Shown one piece after another: positions 36,392 to 48,852 of a stretch of DNA of 64,000 nucleotides. This stretch comes from Elusimicrobiota bacterium (GTDB lineage Bacteria; Elusimicrobiota; Elusimicrobia; UBA1565; UBA9628): the NCBI GenBank assembly GCA_016207605.1, contig JACQPJ010000016.1, positions 2,452 through 66,451 on the forward strand. Reading direction: 5' to 3'. The notes under the pieces were generated by a model that did no database searches, had not been told where the DNA came from, and saw only the letters and a list, made by a program, of their open reading frames with translations. The position numbers and the translations under genes are program-made. How positions within the stretch are numbered: the stretch's first letter is position 1; every line of letters starts with the position of its first letter.

Positions 36392-38911
36392 TTAAGCGCA
36401 GTTCGAGTAGCCGCAGTCGTGGCAGGTCGGCCCCGAGCAGCCCGATTCGAAGGAGACGTTGGAGGAATAGCACGCGGGACAGTGCTCCAGCGTCGGGCGC
36501 GGAGCCGCCGCCGCCGCGGGGAGGGCGCCGCCGGACCCCTCCGGGGTCCAGCCGGTTTTTTTCAGGTGCGCGCGCAGGGCGATGGCGATGGCATGCGGGA
36601 TGGAATCCACGCGCGAGGCGCCCAGGCCGATGGGGCGGTCGCCCTTGATGGAGTTGAGGTGCTTGAGCAGCGCGAGCGGGCTGCCGCCTTGGGCCAGGTA
36701 TTTCGAGATGAGGATGCCGACCAGCGAGGCCAGCCCCGAGATCTCGGTGCCCAGCGGAGGGATGTTGGCGAAGAGCTGGAGAGGCCCGAGCTCGTCATAG
36801 TTGACGTGGAGGTGCAGGGGGCCGTAGCCGGTGCGGATGAGATAGTACTCCGAGGCCAGGCCGAAAGCGCTCTCCGGGACGCGGCGCCGGGCCTTGGACG
36901 GGGTCGGCGCCAGGCTCAAGACCTGCTGGGCCTTGGAGCCGTCGCGGTAGATCGTGATCCCCTTGCAGCCGAGCTCGTAGGCCATCTGGTAGGCGCGGCG
37001 CACGTCCTCGACGGAGGCGCCGGCGGGCATGTTGACGGTCTTGGAGACTCCGTTGTCGGTGTGGCGCTGGAACGCGGCCTGCATGCCCACGTGGGCCTCG
37101 GGGGAGACGTCGTGGGCGGTCGCGAAGACGCGCTGGATCTGCTCCGGGATCGCGCCGAGGCCGCGCACGGAGCCGTGGTTGTCGGCGACGCGCCGCCAGA
37201 GCGTCTTTTCCCCGAGCCCGAACCAGTCCTGACGCTCCGCGGCCTGGCGCAGGAGCGGGTTGACCTCGAAGAAGACGTCCTGCTCAGCGGCCTCCCGGCC
37301 CTGCTTGGCGGCCTCGAGCGCCTTGGCGTTGCGGCGGACGTAGGCGGCCGCGAAGAAGGGCTCGATGCCTCCGCCCTGGAGGCCGGCCGCGATGGCGATC
37401 GTCCCGGTCGGGGCGATGGTGGTGCGGGCGCAGTGGCGCGGGTGGCGCTCCTCGCCGCGGAAATGCGTCGAGGCGGGGTCGTAGATCGAGTCCGTCCAGT
37501 TGGGGAACACCCCGCGCTCCTTGGCCAGGGTCTCGGAGGCCTCCAGCGCCGCCCCATTGACGGCCGACATCACCTGGTCGGCCGCGGCCAGCGCCTCGGG
37601 AGAGTCGTAGGGCAGGCCCAGCTTGACCAGGGCCTCGGCCCAGCCCATCACGCCCAGCCCGATGCGCCGGTTGCCCTTGGCCAGGGCCTCGATCTCCGGC
37701 AGGGGGTAGTTGTTGACCTCGATGACGTCGTCGAGGAAGCGCACGGCGAGGGTCACGGCTTCCTTGAGGCGCGGGAAGTCGAAGCGGCCGGCCAAGGGCT
37801 CGCCGGCGACGAAATGGGACAGGTTCAGGGAGCCCAGGTTGCAGGCCTCCCAGGGCAGCAGCGGCTGCTCCCCGCAGGGGTTGGTGCTCTCGATGCGCCC
37901 CAGCGCCGGGGTGGGGTTGGACCCGGACTCGTTGATGCGGTCGAGGACCACGTAGCCCGGATCGCCGGTCCTCCAGGCGGACTCGCACATCGCGTCGAAG
38001 ACTTCCTTGGCGCGGGCCTTGCCCGCGGGCTCGCCGGTGCGGGGATTGACCAGGTCGTACTCGGCGTCGGCCAAGGCCGCCTTCATGAACGCGGCGTCCA
38101 CGCCCACGGAGATGTTGAAGTTCTCCAGGACGCCGGGCTTCTGCTTCATGCGGATGAAGTCCATGATCTCGGGATGATCGCAGCGCAGGATGGCCATGTT
38201 GGCGCCCCGCCGCGTGCCGCCCTGCTTGACCACGTCCGTCATCGTGTCGAAAAGGCGCATGAAGGAGAGCGCGCCCGAGGCGAGCCCCTGGGTCTGCATC
38301 ACCGCGTCGCCCGCGGGCCGCAGGCGGGAGAAGGAGAAGCCGGTCCCGCCCCCCGATTTCTGGATCAAGGACTGGGCGGCCAGGGCCGCCACGATGCCCT
38401 CCATCGAGTCGGGGACCGGAAGGACGTAGCAGGCCGAAAGTTGCTGGAGGTCGCGGCCGGCGTTCATCAGGGTGGGGGAATTGGGCAGGAAATCCCAGCG
38501 CCCCATCAGCGCCTGGAAGCGCTCGGCCCATTCCTCGCGCCGCCGCCGGGCCTCCGGGATCGCGGCGCAGACTCCCTCCAGATTGGCCATGAGCCGCCGG
38601 AAGTTTGCTTGGCGCGCTTCCAGGCTCCGGCCGCCGGCGTGATAGAGGAGGACGCGGGAGGACGGCGCGGGGCCCGCCGCGGGCACGGGAGCGACGCGGC
38701 GCTCCACGCCCTCGAAGACGCCCCAAGACTCGGCTTCTGGCGCGACAAGGACCTCGGCCAGCGCGATATTGTCGGCCACGCCCTTGAGCCAGGACTCCAC
38801 GGAGGGGGCGTCCCGGAGGTACTTGTCCTTGATGACTTTTCGTTGATTCTCGGAAAGACGGATTTCCGAGGCGGCCGCCGCGCGGGTTCCCGACGTCTTG
38901 TGATGGGTCAT
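36392..38911 (-). CDS. nrdJ: Class II (adenosylcobalamin-dependent) ribonucleotide reductase
   Basis: PNSPTLMNAG, LSACYV, QGGTRRGANM, TNPCGEQPL, CNLGS, TIAPTGT, KGITIYRDGS; C-terminal Zn ribbon CPAC...CHDCGYSNC. Confidence 0.93.
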   Translation of the reverse strand: MTHHKTSGTRAAAASEIRLSENQRKVIKDKYLRDAPSVESWLKGVADNIALAEVLVAPEAESWGVFEGVERRVAPVPAAGPAPSSRVLLYHAGGRSLEARQANFRRLMANLEGVCAAIPEARRRREEWAERFQALMGRWDFLPNSPTLMNAGRDLQQLSACYVLPVPDSMEGIVAALAAQSLIQKSGGGTGFSFSRLRPAGDAVMQTQGLASGALSFMRLFDTMTDVVKQGGTRRGANMAILRCDHPEIMDFIRMKQKPGVLENFNISVGVDAAFMKAALADAEYDLVNPRTGEPAGKARAKEVFDAMCESAWRTGDPGYVVLDRINESGSNPTPALGRIESTNPCGEQPLLPWEACNLGSLNLSHFVAGEPLAGRFDFPRLKEAVTLAVRFLDDVIEVNNYPLPEIEALAKGNRRIGLGVMGWAEALVKLGLPYDSPEALAAADQVMSAVNGAALEASETLAKERGVFPNWTDSIYDPASTHFRGEERHPRHCARTTIAPTGTIAIAAGLQGGGIEPFFAAAYVRRNAKALEAAKQGREAAEQDVFFEVNPLLRQAAERQDWFGLGEKTLWRRVADNHGSVRGLGAIPEQIQRVFATAHDVSPEAHVGMQAAFQRHTDNGVSKTVNMPAGASVEDVRRAYQMAYELGCKGITIYRDGSKAQQVLSLAPTPSKARRRVPESAFGLASEYYLIRTGYGPLHLHVNYDELGPLQLFANIPPLGTEISGLASLVGILISKYLAQGGSPLALLKHLNSIKGDRPIGLGASRVDSIPHAIAIALRAHLKKTGWTPEGSGGALPAAAAAPRPTLEHCPACYSSNVSFESGCSGPTCHDCGYSNCA

Positions 38912-39045
38912 AGTATCCCCTAGAACGAGGGCAGGGCGGCCGCCGTGACCGCCCTGCTTTCCTCCCTCCCCGGGAGGGTCCTGCGCTCAAGATCATCGCA
39001 ACGGAACGGCCGCGCGAAAGGCCAGGCCGTCCCGGGCGGCGTTGG

Positions 39046-39492
39046 TCAGGTCGCGCGCCGGCTGCCGCGGACCTGCGTGAGCGCCGCGAGGAACCGGTCG
39101 GGGGTCAGTCCCAGTCGCGCCAGCAGCTTGGCCGCCCCGTCGCCGTTGTCCAGGAGGCCGAGCAGGAGGTGCTCGACGGAGACGAACTCGTCCCGCATCG
39201 CCTTCATGCGGTCCTCGGCCTTGGCCAGGGCCTTTTCCAAGTCGGGCGAGGCGTGCGGCTGCGCGCCGGAGGACTGCGGCTTCTTGGCCAGCGCGCGCTC
39301 GACCTCCCGCGCCGCGTCCGCGGGGTCCAGACCGGCTTTGCGCAGGGTCTCCGGGACGACGCCGTCTTTCTGGGCGAGGAGGGCGGCCAGCGCGTGCTCC
39401 TCGGAGAGCTCCTGATGCCCCCGCTCGCGGGCGAGCGCCTGGGCGTCCGCCAGAGCCTGCTGGTTTTTCACGGTCCAACATTCGGGATTCAT
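39046..39492 (-). CDS. Stand-alone ClpB N-terminal (Clp_N repeat) domain
   Basis: WTVKNQQALADAQALA...EHALAALL...DEFVSVEHLLLGL...VRGSRRAT*. No AAA+ module follows. Confidence 0.8.
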   Translation of the reverse strand: MNPECWTVKNQQALADAQALARERGHQELSEEHALAALLAQKDGVVPETLRKAGLDPADAAREVERALAKKPQSSGAQPHASPDLEKALAKAEDRMKAMRDEFVSVEHLLLGLLDNGDGAAKLLARLGLTPDRFLAALTQVRGSRRAT

Positions 39493-39629
39493 TCCGTTCA
39501 TTTCATTATGGCGCTGCCCGCCGTCCCCCTCGCAACGATCATGCCCTGGCACGACGCTCGGAGCGGACCCGCGGTCCATTCGTTGCGGCCATGCTATGAT
39601 AGATACGCGAGGGGAACTGCGGGGGGCTT

Positions 39630-40073
39630 ATGGGCGACAAGGCGACGATCGGGATCCATCGGCGCATCCGGGATCGCTTGGCGCGGGTGGCGACGTCCTT
39701 GGGACAGGGGGAGGGGGTCGGGTGGGACGATCAGGCGAGCGTGGACCTGCCCCGGTTGGAGGCGCGGGAGCTGCGCCTGGAGGAAGCCGTGCGCAAGCAG
39801 GTGGAGGCGGACCGCGCTTGGGCCGAGGCTCTGGCCGCCGATGGGCGGGAGGAGGAGGCTGCGGCCTTGCGCGAAAGGGACGAGGAGGTCGAGCGGGAGC
39901 TCAAGCTCCTGCGCGCGGTGACTTGCTCCTGCGACGGTCGTCACGTCTATCCGATCCGCTGCGTTCTCGCGCGCCTGTCCGACACCGTCAAGCGCGTTCT
40001 GTCGTATCATGAGGGACACGCATGCCGATGCTCCGGCGCGGGCGGCACAAAGCCGCCCCGTGCGGAGCCCTAA
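39630..40073 (+). CDS. Hypothetical protein with a coiled coil and Cys/His-rich C-terminus
   Basis: Open ORF upstream of a co-oriented gene; CSCDGRH...C...HACRC. Confidence 0.55.
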   Translation: MGDKATIGIHRRIRDRLARVATSLGQGEGVGWDDQASVDLPRLEARELRLEEAVRKQVEADRAWAEALAADGREEEAAALRERDEEVERELKLLRAVTCSCDGRHVYPIRCVLARLSDTVKRVLSYHEGHACRCSGAGGTKPPRAEP

Positions 40074-40085
40074 GGAGGTGGATGC

Positions 40086-40622
40086 ATGAAGCCGATCGCT
40101 TGCGCCGTCCTCGCGGCCAGCCTGCTGGCCGTTCCGTTTGCCGTCTCGGCGGCGCGTCACGAGGGCCCCCCGTCTGAAGACGGAATGGGGAAGCGCCTTG
40201 AGGAAGAGCTCGGGCTCAATGACGCCCAGGCCGCGCAGGTAAAGACCGCGTTCAAGTCGCACCGGGAAGCGGCCAAGTCCCTGCGCGAGCGGCTCAAGAC
40301 CGCCCTGCGGCGTCTGCGCGCTCAGATGGACCTGGAAGCGGGGGACGCCAAGATCGCGGCCGCCCTCGAGGAGGTCGAGGCAGCCCGCGCGGCCGTTCGC
40401 GACGAGGGCGAGAGACTGGCGGTGCGTCTGAAGTCCTTGCTGACCCCGGCCCAACGCGCCAAGCTCATGCTCAAGCGGGAACATGGGCCCCGGCGCGGCA
40501 TGGAATCCCGGCGCGAGGACCCCGGCCGCGGCCGTTGGAAGCAGCGGTCCGACGATGACGCGCCGCGGGGCCGTCCCGCGCCGCCGGACGCCGACGAGGG
40601 CGACGGCGAACAGATGGATTAG
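40086..40622 (+). CDS. Spy/CpxP-like periplasmic protein
   Basis: AAGGAGG RBS, signal peptide, ELGLNDAQ and LLTPAQRAK (LTxxQ motifs). Confidence 0.82.
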   Translation: MKPIACAVLAASLLAVPFAVSAARHEGPPSEDGMGKRLEEELGLNDAQAAQVKTAFKSHREAAKSLRERLKTALRRLRAQMDLEAGDAKIAAALEEVEAARAAVRDEGERLAVRLKSLLTPAQRAKLMLKREHGPRRGMESRREDPGRGRWKQRSDDDAPRGRPAPPDADEGDGEQMD

Positions 40623-41314
40623 GTCCCCGGTCTTTCCCGCAGGCGTTGCCGGAGTTCTTCGATCTGCTGGACCGCCCGGGGGTGCTCCGCCTCGTCCCGC
40701 GGGTTGGCGCGGATTTTTTCCCAGAGTTCGAGCGCGCGGGCAAGGTCGCTGCGGGCCTTGTAGAGGTTGGCCAGGACCACGCGCATCCGGGTAGGCGCGC
40801 GCGGGTCGTCGAAGCTGGCGTCGAGCAGGGCGAGCATGCGCGCGTTGTCGCCCTTGCGCTTGTAGGCCATCGCCGCCAGGTAGGTCCGGCAGAGAGGCTC
40901 CGCGGGATCGCGCCGCAGGCACTCCCGCAGGATGTCGACGGCCTCGTCCACGCGCTCGACGCCGCGCAGCCAGCCCAGCACCCCGGCGCCGTAGAGATAG
41001 GCCCGGTGGAAGGCGGGGTCCAGGCGCGCCGCGCGCAGGCTGAGATCTTGGAGATGGTGGTAGGGCCGTCTCGGGGGGTCCGTCAGTTCCGGGATGCCGC
41101 CGCCCGCGTACTGGAGCATCTGGACCCAGGCTAGGTCGGCCGCGACCGCGCGCAGGCCCGCGCTCGCCAGCGCCGCGTCCTCTTGAACGAAGGGCGTGCG
41201 GGGCAGCTCGGCCAGCGAGGGGAGGCTCGGACTCTCGCGCTCGAGAGCAGACCCCGCCGCCAGCGCGAGCGCCGCGCCCAGCCCGAAGACGGCGAGGGCC
41301 CGCGGCGCCCGCAT
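40619..41314 (-). CDS. TPR-containing protein (PilG/XapA-like)
   Basis: ADLAWVQMLQY, LDPAFHRAYLYGA, TPR-like helices; coupled to the ABC genes. Confidence 0.7.
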   Translation of the reverse strand: MRAPRALAVFGLGAALALAAGSALERESPSLPSLAELPRTPFVQEDAALASAGLRAVAADLAWVQMLQYAGGGIPELTDPPRRPYHHLQDLSLRAARLDPAFHRAYLYGAGVLGWLRGVERVDEAVDILRECLRRDPAEPLCRTYLAAMAYKRKGDNARMLALLDASFDDPRAPTRMRVVLANLYKARSDLARALELWEKIRANPRDEAEHPRAVQQIEELRQRLRERPGT

Positions 41315-42078
41315 TAGAACTCCTTCTGCTCGAAGAGCTGCGCGGACAGGGCCAGGCAGGCGGCGCTGTAGCCCAGGACGTAGATCAGGGCCGCGCCCAT
41401 CCAAGCCGGGGTGGGCAGCCCCGCGTGCCAGACGTCGCGATAGTTGAGGCGGGCGAAGTCCGGGGCCGCGCGCGAGACGATCTCGATCATGGTCCGCAGG
41501 AAGGCGCTCCCGGACTTCTCGGCGAGGAAGTGCATCTCGGCGGTGAAATGGCCCAGGACCCACAGGGAGAGGGAGAAGGACATGGCCGCGGCCTCCGAGG
41601 TGAGCGCCAGCGACAACAGGAGGGCGAGCGAGCCCATCACGACGGTCTTGCCCAGGGAGCAGAGCCAGGCCAGCAGGTAGGAGCCGCCCCCGCCCCAGCC
41701 CAGCAGGCGCAGCAGCCCCCAGTGCAGGAGGCCCAGGGCCGCCATCCCCAGCCCCACGGCGGCAAGCGTGCCGAGGAAGCGCCCCAGAAGATAGTGGGGG
41801 CGCCGCACGGGATGCGTCAGGATGAGGAAGATGGCGCGCGACTCGATCTCGCGCAGGACCAAGTGCACGGTGAGAAAGACCACGGAGACCAGGGCGATCA
41901 TCTCATTGGCGGCCAGGCCCAGGTCCAGCATCATGCGGGCGCGCTCCTCCTGGGCGAGCGCGGAGGCCACGAGCCCGCCGCCGCCCAGCGCCAGCCCGAA
42001 CAGCGCCAGGGACAGCCACGCGCGGTGGCGCACGTGCTCCTTGAACGTGTAGGAAAAGACGGCTCGGATCGCGCTCAT
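41314..42078 (-). CDS. ABC transporter permease (PilI/NosY-like)
   Basis: TFKEHVR, REIESRAIFLILTHPVRR..YLLGRFLG, FEQKEF. Confidence 0.88.
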   Translation of the reverse strand: MSAIRAVFSYTFKEHVRHRAWLSLALFGLALGGGGLVASALAQEERARMMLDLGLAANEMIALVSVVFLTVHLVLREIESRAIFLILTHPVRRPHYLLGRFLGTLAAVGLGMAALGLLHWGLLRLLGWGGGGSYLLAWLCSLGKTVVMGSLALLLSLALTSEAAAMSFSLSLWVLGHFTAEMHFLAEKSGSAFLRTMIEIVSRAAPDFARLNYRDVWHAGLPTPAWMGAALIYVLGYSAACLALSAQLFEQKEF

Positions 42079-42842
42079 GCGAGATGAATCGGCCCGACCC
42101 CGTCGGTGCGCGTCACGGTCTGGGCGAAGATGGATTCGATCGCATTGGGCGCGCCCTCCCAGTCCCTGCGCTCCAGCACTCGGGCCAGGCGCCCTCCGTT
42201 GAGGATGCCGATGCGGTCGCAGACCCTCTCCACCTCCGACATGTCGTGCGAGGACAGGAGCACGGTCTTGCCGCGGCCGCGCAGCCAGAGGACGACCGCC
42301 CGCATCTCCTGGATCGCCAGCGGGTCGAGTCCGGTCATGGGCTCGTCGAGGACCACCAGCTCCGGGTCGTGAAGGAGGGCCTGGGCCAGGCTCGCGCGCT
42401 GGAGCATCCCCTTGGAGTAGGAGGACAGCCGCGTGTCGCCGGCGCGGGACAGGCCGACCTGGTCGAGCATGCGCGCGACGCGCTCCTCGCGCCCCCGCGC
42501 CGGACGGCGCGCGAGCGCGTCGAAGAGCCGCAGGGTTTCGCGGCCCGTGAGGGCGGCGTTGAGGTAGGCGGCTTCCGGGGCGTAACCGACGCGGGCCAGG
42601 GTGTCGACGTCCCCCGCGCGCCGACCCAGGACCTCGACTTCCCCGGTGGTGGGCAGGTGCAGTCCCATGAGGAGCTTGATGGCCGTGGTCTTGCCCGAGC
42701 CGTTGAGTCCCAGGAGGCCGAACACCTCGCCGCGGCGAATCTTCAGATCGAGGCGCAAGAGGCCGATGGTCTCGGTCACGCGGCCCAGATGCGAGCGGCG
42801 GTAGACCTTGCCCGCCCCGCGGAAGGCGGCGGCTTCGCTCAT
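42075..42842 (-). CDS. ABC transporter ATP-binding protein (PilH-like)
   Basis: GLNGSGKTT, YSKGMLQR, LDEPMTGLDP, SSH. Confidence 0.92.
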   Translation of the reverse strand: MSEAAAFRGAGKVYRRSHLGRVTETIGLLRLDLKIRRGEVFGLLGLNGSGKTTAIKLLMGLHLPTTGEVEVLGRRAGDVDTLARVGYAPEAAYLNAALTGRETLRLFDALARRPARGREERVARMLDQVGLSRAGDTRLSSYSKGMLQRASLAQALLHDPELVVLDEPMTGLDPLAIQEMRAVVLWLRGRGKTVLLSSHDMSEVERVCDRIGILNGGRLARVLERRDWEGAPNAIESIFAQTVTRTDGVGPIHLA

Positions 42843-43890
42843 GGGGCTTGGAGCGCGCCGCAGGCGCCGGCGATCAGCAGCGCGGTCGCGGCCAGGCGTC
42901 GTCGTCGCGCGAAGAGCTCCTCCGCGCGCGACTCGGAAACCGAGAGCAGGCGCCGCCGCTCGGCCGCCGCCGCGGCCGAGACCAAGGCCAGCGCCGCGGC
43001 CGCCGCGGCCGCGGAGCCGGTCGCGGCCGCGGCGCGCAAAGCGGCCGAGGGGGCCGCCGACGGCAGCAGGGGAGCGGCCGCGGTCCCCCACGTCCAGCCC
43101 AGCCCGGCCCAGGCAGCCGCCGCCAGCAAGGAGGAGGCCGCCGCGCCCGCCCAGCCTCCCGCCGCGGCCGCGGCCGCGGCGCCGCTCAGCCAAGGCGCCG
43201 CCTCCGGCGCGGGGCGGCCGGCGGCCAGCGCCGCGCCCGCGACGGCCGCGAGCGCGGCCGTGAGGGCCGCGGACCGCCGGGCCGGGCCCAGAGCCAAGCC
43301 CAGGGCCAGCAGGGCGGGCCAGGCCGCGGCCGCCCCCAGAACGGCGGCCGCGCCTCGTCGGCGCGCAGGGAGAAGGAGACCGAGCCGGGGCGCAGGGCAA
43401 AGCGCCGTCCCGCGCCGCGGACGCGCACGACCGTCGCGAACTCCTGGTTTTTGGGGAACGGCTTCCCTTTTAGGTGCTCCAGCATCTCCTGCCGGTACTC
43501 CTCGTAGAAGTCCGCCTCCCCCGCGAGCGCCGCGCCCGGGGGCGGGGGCGGGTAGGCCAGGCGCAGGCGGACCTCGCCCTGCTCGTTGATCTGCCAGGGA
43601 CGCTGGACGTAGGACGCCGCGACCAAGCGTCCCGTCAGCGGCGCGCCGTCGGCCCGCAGGCGCAGACGCGCGTTGACGTACGCCTCGGCTCGGGCCCGCG
43701 TTTCGCCGCTCCAGCCTGAGAGAGGCAGGGGGTGGATCTGCAGGACTTCCTCGATCCAGTAGATGGAGTCCGCGCGCACGTCCGCGACCAGGCGCTCGGG
43801 CTCCAGGCTCAGCGTCACGCGCGCCGGGGCGATGGGGTAGAGATGGGCGGCCGCGGGAAGCGCCGCGAGCAGGAGAGCGGCGATGAGCAT
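42839..43890 (-). pseudogene. Frameshifted exported-domain + membrane protein (HupE/UreJ_2-like architecture)
   Basis: MLIAALLLAALPAAAH... loses coding character near 43350. A hydrophobic continuation AAVLGAAAAWPALLALGLAL... runs in another frame to stop 42839. Confidence 0.5.
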
Positions 43891-43936
43891 AGCGCGGGAG
43901 GATACTACAACATTCTTAATGCTAGCATCCCGCACA

Positions 43937-44488
43937 ATGGGCCCCTGGGACGCCCTCGCCGCGCTCGACGCCTGGCTGCTCCTCAAGATCAACCGCGCCT
44001 GGACGAGCCCCTTCCTCGACGCGGCCATGCCCGCGCTCACGGACCTGCACAAGCTCGCCTGGTTTTGGTTCGCGGCGCCCGCCGCGCTCGGCCTCTGGCT
44101 GTGGCGGGGGCGCCGCCGCGCCCTGCAGGTCCTTGTGGTCCTGGGCCTGGCCTGCGGTTCGGCCGACCTCCTTTCCTACCGCGTCCTCAAGCCGGCCGTC
44201 CGCCGCCTGCGGCCGTCCGTCGCGGGCCAGCCCGTCGTCCTGCGCGCGCCCGTGTCGGGCAAGCCCGGCTTTCCCTCCAACCACGCCGTGAACATGGGGG
44301 CGGGCGCCGCCGTGCTCTCGAGCGCCTATCCCCTGGGCGCTCCCCTCTTTTGGGCCGCCGCGGCCGCCGTCGCCTACAGCCGCGTCTACTGCGGCGCGCA
44401 TTACCCCGCCGACGTCCTGGCGGGGCTGGCGCTGGGCGCCCTGGTCGGCTGGCTCTGGGCGGCGCTGCTCAAGCGCTGGCTGCGCTGA
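43937..44488 (+). CDS. PAP2 family phosphatase
   Basis: KPAVRRLRP, FPSNHA, SRVYCGAHYPADV. Confidence 0.9.
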   Translation: MGPWDALAALDAWLLLKINRAWTSPFLDAAMPALTDLHKLAWFWFAAPAALGLWLWRGRRRALQVLVVLGLACGSADLLSYRVLKPAVRRLRPSVAGQPVVLRAPVSGKPGFPSNHAVNMGAGAAVLSSAYPLGAPLFWAAAAAVAYSRVYCGAHYPADVLAGLALGALVGWLWAALLKRWLR

Positions 44489-44515
44489 GAGGACGACGCC
44501 CGCCGGGCCGCTCCC

Positions 44516-47738
<3,223 letters not shown>

Positions 47739-47746
<8 letters not shown>

Positions 47747-48851
47747 GCAGGGCCTCCCGGCGGTTGATCATCAGCGCCCGGAAGCGCTCGAAGAGGTAGC
47801 GGCTGTCGTGCGGCCCGGCCGAGGCCTCCGGGTGGTACTGCACCGAGAAGACGGGCAATTCCATGTGCGCCATGCCCTCGGAGGTGCCGTCGTTGAGATT
47901 CACATGCGTCGTCTTTACTTGCTTGGGCAGGGATTTCAGGTCCACGCAGAATCCGTGGTTCTGCGACGTGATCTCGATCTTGCCCGTCGCGAGGTCCTTG
48001 ACCGGATGGTTCAACCCGTGGTGCCCGAACTTGAGCTTGAAGGTCCTGCCGCCCAGCGCCAGGCCCAGGAGCTGGTGGCCGAGGCAGATGCCGAAGATCG
48101 GCAGGCGCGCGTCGAGCAGGCCCTTGATCGCGTCGACGCCGCGGGTCACGGGCTCGGGGTCGCCGGGGCCGTTGGAGAGCAGGACGCCGTCGGGCTTGAG
48201 GCGCAGGATCTCCGCGGCGCCGGTCGCGGCGGGAACGACCGTGGCGCGCGCGCCCATGGCCGCCAGTCCGCGCAGGATGCCGTACTTGACGCCGAAGTCC
48301 ATCACCGCGACGTGGAGCGCGGGCTTGGCCGGGGCGTTCTCCTCCCACTCGTAGGGCTTCTCGCAGGTCACGACCTCGGCCAAATTTTGTCCCGTCATGG
48401 AGGGCAGGGCGCGGGCCTTGGCGACGAGGCGCCTGGGATCGGCGTCCAGCGTCGAGATCACGCCGCGCAGCGCGCCTTTCTCGCGCAGGCGCAGGGTAAG
48501 CGCGCGGGTGTCGACGCCCTCGATGGCGACCACGCCGTGCTTGCGCAGGAAGTCGCCCGCGGACTCGACCGACTCGTGGTTGGAGGGGCGGCGGCAGAGC
48601 TCCCGCACGACGAAGCCCGACAGCCGCGGCCGCGCCGACTCGTGATCGCGCGCCGTGATGCCGTAGTTGCCGATGAGGGGATAGGTCATCACGACGCACT
48701 GCCCGGCGTAGGAGGGGTCGGTCAGCACCTCCTGGTAGCCGGTCATCGCGGTGTTGAACACGAATTCCCCGCCCGCCTCGCCCGAGGCGCCGCAGGCCTC
48801 GCCCACGAGCACCGTCCCGTCCTCCAGCGCCAGCCACGCCTTATTGTTCAT
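47739..48851 (-). CDS. carA: Carbamoyl-phosphate synthase small subunit
   Basis: [30 protein letters not shown]. Confidence 0.97.
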
Positions 48852-48852
48852 T

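Noticed and set aside
39547..39562. TGGCACG as a sigma54 -24 element
   Set aside because: No TTGC/GC at the -12 position, so it cannot be supported as a canonical site.
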